In this document: one piece after another, positions 52,882 through 64,000 of the stretch
Layout of the letters: each line of letters starts with the position of its first letter
Numbering within the stretch: the first letter of the stretch is position 1
Source: Nemertoderma westbladi
Taxonomy: Eukaryota > Animalia > Xenacoelomorpha
NCBI GenBank assembly: GCA_032718475.1
Contig: JAUCBJ010008699.1
Coordinates: 3,448 to 67,447 of the forward strand
Length of the DNA: 64,000 nt
Direction of reading: 5' to 3'
The notes under the pieces: model-generated
Databases searched by the model: none
What the model saw: only the letters and a program-made list of their open reading frames with translations
What the model was told of the DNA's origin: nothing
Program-made: the position numbers and the translations under genes

Positions 52882-53783
52882 CCGATTTTTTTCAAAAATG
52901 ACCATCGATTTTCATTTTCGCGCCTTCTAACCGACACCACGAGATAGAGCATAAAAAATATATTTTAAGGAAATGATCCCCAAAAACAGTTAGAATCGCC
53001 TGGCGACACCGCTAACACCTCCTCACCCCTCTATAGTGCATTTCAAGTGTAATTATTTATTGATGGGGAAAATATTTACAAGAGAATTAATTTACAGGCA
53101 ATATTGAGCTGAGCTGCCTGCATTGTATGTGTTGTAGGAGGCGCCAGCCGGGCTGGACGGCTGGGATACAATGTGCTGTGCTTCAGCATTGTGTGGACGG
53201 GTTGGTTTGGTTCACTCAAGGTAAATAATTTCATATTCTAGAACATATTACCATGGAAACTAACCAACCAAGGCCTCAGCCACCCACGCCAAGCAACATA
53301 TTATTATTATACATTAACGTATACATTGCCTTTGCTTGAACAACCAATAATTGTTATACCGTCTTATTATTGGATAGCGCGGCTTCACACAAAGACACAA
53401 GGGCAATGGCCAGACATTTGTTCGCTTTGTATTACAGACACCAACACCAATATATAATAAGCGCTGCTTCCTCAGTAGCTGAATATATTATAAGTTACGT
53501 TTAACTAAGTTTCTTATTTAAATTCGCTCTGGTTTAAAGTTTAATTACAATTGATTATTTAGAGTTTAGATTTACTGTTTATTCACAACATTACCAGCAA
53601 ACCGTTCGCAATGAATTATTTATTAAAGTATTGGGACGTCTGGCTTGCAATTATTGTTACAACAGGTAATTATTCATTCCTACATTATATGTGTTTGTTT
53701 ATTATAAAATAATGTGTTTGTGTTTAATGATATTTAATTATATTAGATTTTTAATTAATTGTTTTCTCCAGGTTGAAATTGGG

Positions 53784-54546
53784 ACGCTGCTGTCCCGGTT
53801 CGATCTTATATTCCTGATGCTGGACCCCCAAGATGAGTTGTTCGACCGACGGCTCGCCAACCATTTGGTTTCGCTTTACCATCAGGGAGGCGCTGCGGAG
53901 GAGCCGGAGGAGTTCCTTCCTGTCGAAGTCGTCAAGGATTACCTCGGGTGAGTAGCTCTGATGTTGAGTACTAAGTTTGTGTTGTGTTACGTAGAATTTC
54001 GAGAAGTGGTTCAGGTTCCAGCTGTAATGGAACTATTACTAGTGGGATTATTGGATTTAAGTTTTTTATTTACAATAAGATTAAGAATTACAGGTAACAG
54101 CCAAGAGAGAGGAGCTTCGGGTTGCCTCCTGTGCACATTCAACTGGAGAACAAGTTGTTTTTAAACTTTTACTTTCCTAAATTCTAATTATTGATAGGGC
54201 CTATAGCATCTACATAATTATTAATTCACTAATTAATTTTTAATTCATTATTTCAATAATTTATTTTGTATTTGACCCGGTCACCGGAATAGTCGATATC
54301 AACATCCTCACCACCGGGATGACAGTGACGGCTCGCAAGGCCCAGGGGGTGCTCGCCCGCGAGGTGCTGGCAGTCCTCAAGGAGTGCAGACACACGGTGG
54401 TGTCGCGGAAAGACGCCTTCAAGTTGCTCAACGAGAAAACCGAGCGAACCAATCAGAAGGCGATGTTTGAGGAAGCCTTGAGGATCCTTCAGGACGATGA
54501 CCATATCATTATGAGTAACCAGAACATTCGTATTCTTAGTAAATAG
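53784..54546 (+). pseudogene. partial MCM4 duplicate: 3' end of exon 3 (53784..53948), shortened intron 3, 3' part of exon 4 (54274..54546)
   Basis: Near-identical to 22358..22521 and 36812..37084. The exon-4 acceptor and first ~250 coding nt are deleted; the 3' UTR copy follows. Confidence 0.9.
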
Positions 54547-56729
54547 TCTTCATTAATCCACAGTGGGGGTCAGTCGATATCAGTTGGATGACGTCACCAT
54601 GTAGTCAGGGAGACGGGTATTAGATTGTCTACCAATCGCCAATAATGCTAATATCAATAATGCAATGAATAATACAGTGAATTTTATGTGAAATAATTCT
54701 ATTTGTTGTTGATTTTCTATATAAAGTAGAATGCAGGTTTAATCGTAGTTGAGCGCGACTATAAACTCGATATTATTAATATTGGCACCGCCGCCGAATC
54801 GATTGTCGTTGTCACTGAAACTGCCTTTACTCTCATACAATATTACTGTGTCTCGTTATATTTACTATAATTCAACGTTATTGTTATGTTATAATATTGT
54901 GTAGACGTACAGTAGGTATAATATCTGTTATAGTTTATAACAATTAGTTGTAGATAACAGTGCAATCCATTCTCACAAGTATAAACTCAATGCAATAAAT
55001 ATAGGAAGAACGTTGTTTAGGATGTATTAACATTTATTGATTAGAGTTTTATTAAGATTTATTAACATTTATTTTGGAATATATTAGTTATGATTATAAT
55101 TTGTAGGAATCAATAATCCTTATCCAACTCAAAACATTAAAGGATTTATGGGAGTTTTGAGTTATAATTAGTTATTATTATTATTAAATATTACCATTTT
55201 TTTGTTCGACATATTTTTATCTATCCAGCTATAAAACTTGTTATATTCAATTGGAGTTAATAGGAAAGCCGTTATTGCGAACCGGGGCCACTAATTTTAA
55301 GCGAAATTATTTGTTATTAATATTTAGAAATTTTACTATAATTCGTCGCTGTCCGTCTCAAACTCGAGTATTTTCTATAATAAATTTATTATAAATATTA
55401 CACTAGTTTCTATATAAGCTAGGAGTCTGTAATATTTACTATTATTATTATTATAGTTTGTCTCTTGTTTTATATTCTTGGTGAGTGGCTTCTTGTTTAC
55501 ATAAACATCAATATATTAAACCAAATAAATATGTTTTATGTTATATAATATTATACTATTTTTCTACCTCTACCCAATATTTTCACTTCATCCAACTGCA
55601 ATAGAAATCAAAATTAATCTGTCACGTGTAACTTTAGTTTATTGTTTTGGTTAGAATAAGGTGCCACTGTTATTGGAAAGTACATTAAAAAGTATATAAG
55701 ACAATCACCAAACTTACTTCATAAGAAAAATTACAAATCGAAATGATATATTGGCCTTCTATCTACATAAACTGAAAGTAAATGGGCCGTACGGCGTTAC
55801 GTAATCACAAAAAGCGACCTGATTACGATGCCATTTTATATGAAATCCCTTTAATAAGTAACTTCCCAAAAAAGTTATTAAGATTTTTTTACATATTAAT
55901 AATCCTGAATAATGTAGCTTTCAAATGAACTATAAATTATAAAGTGCCGTGTACGAGATCGAGAGTTACATTTGTTTTAATACACAAAATCAACTAAATT
56001 ACTCATCAATTGATTTTTTGCAAATTAAATATTCTAGCTCGCCAGTTAGTAGCCAATGAGAGTCCAGGATTCCCATTAACAATGATTGTTTAAGGCCGCC
56101 GCCAGGTTAATGCTTGTAGTATGGAGTGTAGCGCTATAGAGGAGAATTAATCTTATTGAGTTGAATCGGCAAAGTTCAATTACATTATAATTCGCTTAGG
56201 ATATTTTGTTGTTCTGGATTGCGGTTTTTAATATAACTATTTAAAGTTGATGCAATAAAGACTTTCTGCCGCTCTATTTCACTTTGCAGTTACCCCCATG
56301 TGAAGAATACCAGGTTTTCACCAAAAACACAGGTTACAAAAAGGATAACTTTTCTCTGAGAGTTTGAAAACTGGGCTGTGATATTTTATTTTAATAGAAA
56401 ATCGAATTTTATATAAATAAATATAATTCAAACTCAACATTATCTTGCCCTGGAAGTCTGTAAATCTGGGCGTCCAGTAAACGTGTCTGTCTGCCTATTT
56501 GTCTGTTCCAAAGTCTTCCCGGGCGTCCGGATGTCCGGACGCCTGGGCACTATAATGCCCGGACATCCTAAAATCCTTCAAATTGTCCGGATTTCCGAGC
56601 AAATTTGTCCAACAAGTATAACAAGTACAAATACAAGTATAAGTTATAGTACTAGTACTAGTACAATTACAAGTACAAGTACAATTCCAAGTACAATTAC
56701 AAGTACAAGTACAAGTACATGTACATGTA

Positions 56730-59700
56730 CATGTCAAAATGTCAATTCGAAAGTGACATTTTGGCAAAATGACATGGCAAAATGTCAACTTGAAAATGAC
56801 ATTTTTGCAAAATGACATGTCAAAATGTCAATTCGAAAGTGATATTTGGGCAAATGACATGTTAAAATGTCAATTTGAAAGTGACATTTTGGCAAAATGA
56901 CATGTAAAAATGTCAATTTGAAAGTGACATTTTGACAAAATGACATGTCAAACTGTCAATTCGAAAGTGACATTTTGGCAAAATGACATGTCAAAATGTC
57001 AATTCGAAAGTGACATTTTGGCAAAATGACATGGCAAAATGTCAACTTGAAAATGACATTTTGGCAAAATGACATGTCAAAATGTCAATTCGAAAGTGAC
57101 ATTTTGGCAAAAGGACATGTCAAAATGTCAATTTGAAAGTGACATATTGACACATTGACATTTTGGCAAAATGACATGTCAAAATGTCAATTCGAAAGTG
57201 ACATTTTGGCAAATAACATGTCAAAATGTCAATTTGAAAGTGACATTTTGTCAAAATGACATGTCACAATGTCAATTCGAAAGTGACATTTTGGCAAAAT
57301 GACATGTCAAAATGTCAATTCGAAGTGACATTTTGGCAAAATGACATGTCAAACTGTCAATTTGAAAGTGACATATTGACACATTGACATTTTGGCAAAA
57401 TGACATGTCAAAATGTCAATTCGAAAGTGACATTTTGGCAAATGACATGTCAAAATGTCAATTTGAAAGTGACATTTTGTCAAAATGACATGTCATAATG
57501 TCAATTCGAAAGTGACATTTTGACAAAATGACATGTCACAATGTCAATTCGAAAGTGACATTTTGGCAAAATGACATGTCAAAATGTCAATTCGAAGTGA
57601 CATTTTGGCAAAATGACATGTCAATCTGTCAATTTGAAAGTGACATATTGACACATTGACATTTTGGCAAAATGATATGTCAAAATGTCAATTCGAAAGT
57701 GACATTTTGGCAAATGACATGTCAAAATGTCAATTTGAAAGTGACATTTTGTCAAAATGACATGTCACAATGTCAATTCGAAAGTGACATTTTGGCAAAA
57801 TGACATGTCAAAATGTCAATTCGAAGTGACATTTTGGCAAAATGACATGTCAAACTGTCAATTTGAAAGTGACATATTGACACATTGACATTTTGGCAAA
57901 ATGACATGTCAAAATGTCAATTCGAAAGTGACATTTTGGCAAATGACATGTCAAAATGTCAATTTGAAAGTGACATTTTGTCAAAATGACATGTCACAAT
58001 GTCTATTCGAAAGTGACATTTTGGCAAAATGACATGTCAAAATGTCAATTCGAAGTGACATTTTGGCAAAATGACATGTCAAACTGTCAATTTGAAAGTG
58101 ACATATTGACACATTGACATTTTGGCAAAATGACATGTCAAAATGTCAATTCGAAAGTGACATTTTGGCAAATGACATGTCAAAATGTCAATTTGAAAGT
58201 GACATTTTGTCAAAATGACATGTCATAATGTCAATTCGAAAGTGACATTTTGGCAAAATGACATGTCAAAATGTCAATTTGAAAGTGACATTTTGGCAAA
58301 ATGACATGTCAAAATGTCAATTCAAAGTGACATTTTGCCAAAATGACATGTCAAAATGTCAATTCGAAGTGACATTTTGGCAAAATGACATGTCAAACTG
58401 TCAACTTGAAAGTGACATATTGACACATTGACATTTTGGCAAAATGACATGTCAAAATGTCAATTCGAAAGTGACATTTTGGCAAATGACATGTCAAAAT
58501 GTCAATTTGAAAGTGACATTTTGTCAAAATGACATCTCAAAATGTCAATTTGAAAGTGACATTTTGACAAAATGACATGTCAAACTGTCAATTCGAAAGT
58601 GACATTTTGGCAAAATGACATGTCAAAATGTCAATTTGAAAGTGACATTTTGGCAAAAGGACATGTCAGAATGTCAATTTGAAAGTGACATATTGACACA
58701 TTGACATTTTGGCAAAATGACATGTCAAAATGTCAATTCGAAAGTGACATTTTGGCAAATAACATGTCAAAATGTCAATTTGAAAGTGACATTTTGTCAA
58801 AATGACATGTCACAATGTCAATTCGAAAGTGACATTTTGGCAAAATGACATGTCAAAATGTCAATTCGAAGTGACATTTTGGCAAAATGACATGTCAAAC
58901 TGTCAATTTGAAAGTGACATATTGACACATTGACATTTTGGCAAAATGACATGTCAAAATGTCAATTCGAAAGTGACATTTTGGCAAATGACATGTCAAA
59001 ATGTCAATTTGAAAGTGACATTTTGTCAAAATGACATGTCATAATGTCAATTCGAAAGTGACATTTTGGCAAAATGACATGTCAAAATGTCAATTTGAAA
59101 GTGACATTTTGGCAAAATGACATGTCAAAATGTCAATTCAAAGTGACATTTTGACAAAATGACATGTCAAACTGTCAATTTGAAAGTGTCATATTGACAC
59201 ATTGACTTTTTGGCAAAATGACATGTCAAAATGTCAATTCGAAAGTGACATTTTGGCAAATGACATGTCAAAATGTCAATTTGAAAGTGACATTTTGTCA
59301 AAATGACATGTCATAATGTCAATTCGAAAGTGACATTTTGGCAAAATGACATGTCAAAATGTCAATTTGAAAGTGACATTTTGGCAAAATGACATGTCAA
59401 AATGTCAATTCAAAGTGACATTTTGCCAAAATGACATGTCAAAATGTCAATTCGAAGTGACATTTTGGCAAAATGACATGTCAAACTGTCAACTTGAAAG
59501 TGACATATTGACACATTGACATTTTGGCAAAATGACATGTCAAAATGTCAATTCGAAAGTGACATTTTGGCAAATGACATGTCAAAATGTCAATTTGAAA
59601 GTGACATTTTGTCAAAATGACATGTCATAATGTCAATTCGAAAGTGACATTTTGGCAAAATGACATGTCAAAATGTCAATTTGAAAGTGACATTTTGGCA

Positions 59701-60609
59701 AAATGACATGTCAAAATGTCAATTCAAAGTGACATTTTGCCAAAATGACATGTCAAAATGTCAATTCGAAGTGACATTTTGGCAAAATGACATGTCAAAC
59801 TGTCAACTTGAAAGTGACATATTGACACATTGACATTTTGGCAAAATGACATGTCAAAATGTCAATTCGAAAGTGACATTTTGGCAAATGACATGTCAAA
59901 ATGTCAATTTGAAAGTGACATTTTGTCAAAATGACATCTCAAAATGTCAATTTGAAAGTGACATTTTGACAAAATGACATGTCAAACTGTCAATTCGAAA
60001 GTGACATTTTGGCAAAATGACATGTCAAAATGTCAATTCGAAAGTGACATTTTGACAAAATGACATGTCAAACTGTCAATTTGAAAGTGACATATTGACA
60101 CATATTGACATTTTGGCAAAATAACATGTCAAAATGTCAATTCGAAAGTGACATTTTAGCAAATGACATGTCAAAATGTCAATTTGAAAGTGACATTTTG
60201 ACAAAATGACATGTCAAAATGTCAATTTGAAAGTGACATTTTGGCAAAATGACATGTCAAAATGTCAATTTGAAAGTGACATTTTGGCAAAATGACATGT
60301 CAAACTGTCAATTCGAAAGTGACATTTTGGCAAAATGACATGTCAAAATGTCAATTCGAAAGTGACATTTTGACAAAATGACATGTCAAACTGTCAATTT
60401 GAAAGTGACATATTGACACATATTGACATTTTGGCAAAATAACATGTCAAAATGTCAATTCGAAAGTGACATTTTAGCAAATGACATGTCAAAATGTCAA
60501 TTTGAAAGTGACATTTTGGCAAAATGACATGTCAAAATGTCAATTTGAAAGTGACATTTTGGCAAAATGACATGTCAAAATGTCAACTTGAAAGTGACAT
60601 TTTGACAAA
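56730..60609. repeat. 43-bp satellite, unit 3 (~3.9 kb)
   Basis: Variant pattern nearly identical to unit 2 (offset 10391). Confidence 0.95.
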
Positions 60610-62315
60610 GCATAGCATAGCATAACATAGCATATCATAGCTTAACATAGTACAGCATAGCATAGCATAGCATAGCATAGCATAGCATAGCATAGCATAG
60701 CATAGCATAGCATAGCATAGCATAGCATAGCATAGCATAGCATAGCATAGCATAGCATAGCATAGCATAGCATAGCATAGCATAGCATAGCATAGCATAG
60801 CATAGCATAGCATAGCATAGCATAGCATAGCATAGCATAGCATAGCATAGCATAGCATAGCATAGCATAGCATAGCATAGCATAGCATAGCATAGCATAG
60901 CATCGCATAGCCTAGCATATCATAGCATAGCATAACCCATAACATAGCATAGCATAGCATAGCATAGCATAGCATAGCATAGCATAGCATAGCATATCAT
61001 AGCATAGCATAGCATAGCATAGCATAACATAGCTTCGCAAAGCATATCATAGCATAGCATAGCATTGCATAGCATAGCATAGCATAACATAGCATAGCAT
61101 AACGTGGCATATAGCATAACATATAACATAGCATATAACATATAGCATAGCATATAGCATAGCATATAGCATCGCATATAGTATCGCATATAGCATAGCA
61201 TATAGCATAGCATGTGACAAAATGATTGATATTGATAATTAATTGATAATATATCATATAGCATAGCATATATCATATAGCATATAGCATAGCATAACAT
61301 ATAGCATATAGCATAGCATATAGCATAACGTGGCATATAGCATAACATAGAACATATAGCATATAGCATATCATATAGCATATCATATAGCATAGCATAT
61401 AGCATAAAGTATAGCATATAGCATAGCATATATCATAGCATATAGCATAGCATATATCATAGCATACAGCATAGCATATATCATAGCATATAGCATAGCA
61501 TATAGCATAGCATGTACTATAGCATATAACAACATGGCATATAGCATAACATATAACATATAGCATCTGACATATAACATATAGCATAGCATATAGCATA
61601 ACGTGGCATATAGCATAACATAGAACATATAGCATATAGCATATCATATAGCATGCCATATAGTATATAGCATAGCATGTGCTATAGCATATAGCATAAT
61701 ATGGCATATAGCATAAAATGTAACATATAGCATAACATATAATATATAGCATATAACATATAACATATAGCATAGCATGTAGCACAGCATATAGCATAGC
61801 ATATAGCACAGCATATAGCATAGCATATAGCATAGCATATAGCATAGCATGTACTATAGCATAATATATAGCATATGACATATAGCTTAAAACATATAGC
61901 ATAGCATATAGTATAGAATATAGCATAGCATATAGCATAGCATGTACTATAGCGTAACATATAACATATAGCATATAGTATAGCATATAGCATATAGTAT
62001 AGCATATAGCATATAGTATAGCATATAGCATAGCATATGACAAAATAATTGATATTGATAATTAATTGATAATATAGCATATAGCATATAAAATATAACA
62101 TATAGCATATAACATATCGCATGACATATAACATATAGCATACAGCATAGCATATAGTATAGCATATAGCATATCATATAGCATAGCATGTATTATAGCA
62201 TAACATATAACATATCGCTTATAGCATATCGCATATAGCATAGCATATACCATACCATATAGCATATCGCAGAGAATGTACTATAGCATATAACATGAAA
62301 TATAGCATATAACAT
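60610..62315. repeat. (GCATA)n compound microsatellite, unit 3
   Basis: Direct inspection. Confidence 0.95.
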
Positions 62316-63062
62316 TAAGTGCACTACTAACACCTTTATGAAGTGCACTACACCTTTATGAAATGCACTGCGCCGTTATAAAGTACACTGCACCGTTATG
62401 AAGTGCACTCGTTATTAAGTGCACTGCGCCGTTATGTAGGGCATTCGTTATTAAGTACACTGCGCCGTTATGTAGGGCACTCGTTATTAAGTGCACTGCA
62501 CCGTTATTTAGTGCACTTGTTATTAAGAGCAATGCACCGTTATGTAGTGCACTCGTTATTAATTGAAATTCTCGTAAGAACACCTTTCATTTAAATTTGA
62601 TTGTCATTTCAAAAGCCCTTCCCAAAATTAGCCATAATTTTGCGAAATAACTTGTCATTTAAATTTATTTGCCCGGGTTAATCAACTTAAAATCAGACAA
62701 ATATTCAACTGTATTAAATAATAAATTGCCAACACAAAAGCCCTTCCGTTAATTAGCCATAATTTATCGAAATAACTTGTCATTTAAATTTATTTGCCCG
62801 GGTTAATCAACTGTCATTTAAATTTATTTGCCCGGGTTAATCAACTTAAAATCAGACAAATATTCAACTGTATTAAATAATAAATTGCCAACACAAAAGC
62901 CCTTCCGTTAATTAGCCATAATTTATCGAAATAACTTGTCATTTAAATTTATTTGCCCGGGTTAATCAACTTAAAATCAGACAAATATTCAACTGTATTA
63001 AATAATAAATTGCCAACACAAAAGCCCTTCCGTTAATTAGCCATAATTTATCGAAATAACTT
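62316..63062. repeat. 36-bp minisatellite and 125-bp tandem repeat (~3.5 copies), unit 3
   Basis: Same monomers as in units 1 and 2. Confidence 0.85.
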
Positions 63063-63964
63063 CCGATTTTTTTCAAAAATGACCATCGATTTTCATTTTC
63101 GCGCCTTCTAACCGACACCACGAGATAGAGCATAAAAAATATATTTTAAGGAAATGATCCCCAAAAACAGTTAGAATCGCCTGGCGACACCGCTAACACC
63201 TCCTCACCCCTCTATAGTGCATTTCAAGTGTAATTATTTATTGATGGGGAAAATATTTACAAGAGAATTAATTTACAGGCAATATTGAGCTGAGCTGCCT
63301 GCATTGTATGTGTTGTAGGAGGCGCCAGCCGGGCTGGACGGCTGGGATACAATGTGCTGTGCTTCAGCATTGTGTGGACGGGTTGGTTTGGTTCACTCAA
63401 GGTAAATAATTTCATATTCTAGAACATATTACCATGGAAACTAACCAACCAAGGCCTCAGCCACCCACGCCAAGCAACATATTATTATTATACATTAACG
63501 TATACATTGCCTTTGCTTGAACAACCAATAATTGTTATACCGTCTTATTATTGGATAGCGCGGCTTCACACAAAGACACAAGGGCAATGGCCAGACATTT
63601 GTTCGCTTTGTATTACAGACACCAACACCAATATATAATAAGCGCTGCTTCCTCAGTAGCTGAATATATTATAAGTTACGTTTAACTAAGTTTCTTATTT
63701 AAATTCGCTCTGGTTTAAAGTTTAATTACAATTGATTATTTAGAGTTTAGATTTACTGTTTATTCACAACATTACCAGCAAACCGTTCGCAATGAATTAT
63801 TTATTAAAGTATTGGGACGTCTGGCTTGCAATTATTGTTACAACAGGTAATTATTCATTCCTACATTATATGTGTTTGTTTATTATAAAATAATGTGTTT
63901 GTGTTTAATGATATTTAATTATATTAGATTTTTAATTAATTGTTTTCTCCAGGTTGAAATTGGG

Positions 63965-64000
63965 ACGCTGCTGTCCCGGTTCGATCTTATATTCCTGATG
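63965..64000 (+). pseudogene. start of a further MCM4 exon-3 fragment (tandem unit 4, runs off the window)
   Basis: Same junction TTCTCCAGGTTGAAATTGGG-ACGCTGCTGTCCCGGTTCG as at 44611 and 53784. Confidence 0.85.

Larger units (their letters stand above)
44611..53783 (+). repeat. tandem segmental duplication unit 2 (~9.2 kb)
   Basis: Colinear near-identical copy of 37590..44610 with expanded satellites; lacks ~1.2 kb of MCM4-derived sequence present in unit 3. Confidence 0.92.
53784..63964 (+). repeat. tandem segmental duplication unit 3 (~10.2 kb)
   Basis: Colinear copy of the MCM4 3' end, flank and satellite cassette; almost identical to unit 2. Confidence 0.92.

Overview
Animal-type eukaryotic genomic DNA with AT-rich introns and GC-rich exons. 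Two intact spliced genes are transcribed divergently: an ANKIB1-like RBR E3 ligase (minus strand, 3 coding exons, about 1083 aa) and MCM4 (plus strand, 4 coding exons, about 830 aa). MCM4 intron 2 is inflated by a ~7.7-kb, 35-bp satellite. MCM4 intron 3 holds a nested insertion. The outer element is a ~3.1-kb Polinton/Maverick-like element with AGTAGT termini, ~520-bp TIRs, a 6-bp TTCGGG target duplication and one unrecognised decayed cargo gene. Each of its two TIR arms was hit at the same mirror-image position by an unrelated retroelement: a BEL/Pao LTR element in the left arm and a CRE-like RLE non-LTR element in the right arm. Downstream, the 3' end of MCM4 plus a composite satellite cassette is tandemly amplified in 9-10 kb units. 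One unit preserves the empty, pre-insertion site of the Polinton-like element. Family assignments come from motif recognition by eye; no database searches were run.
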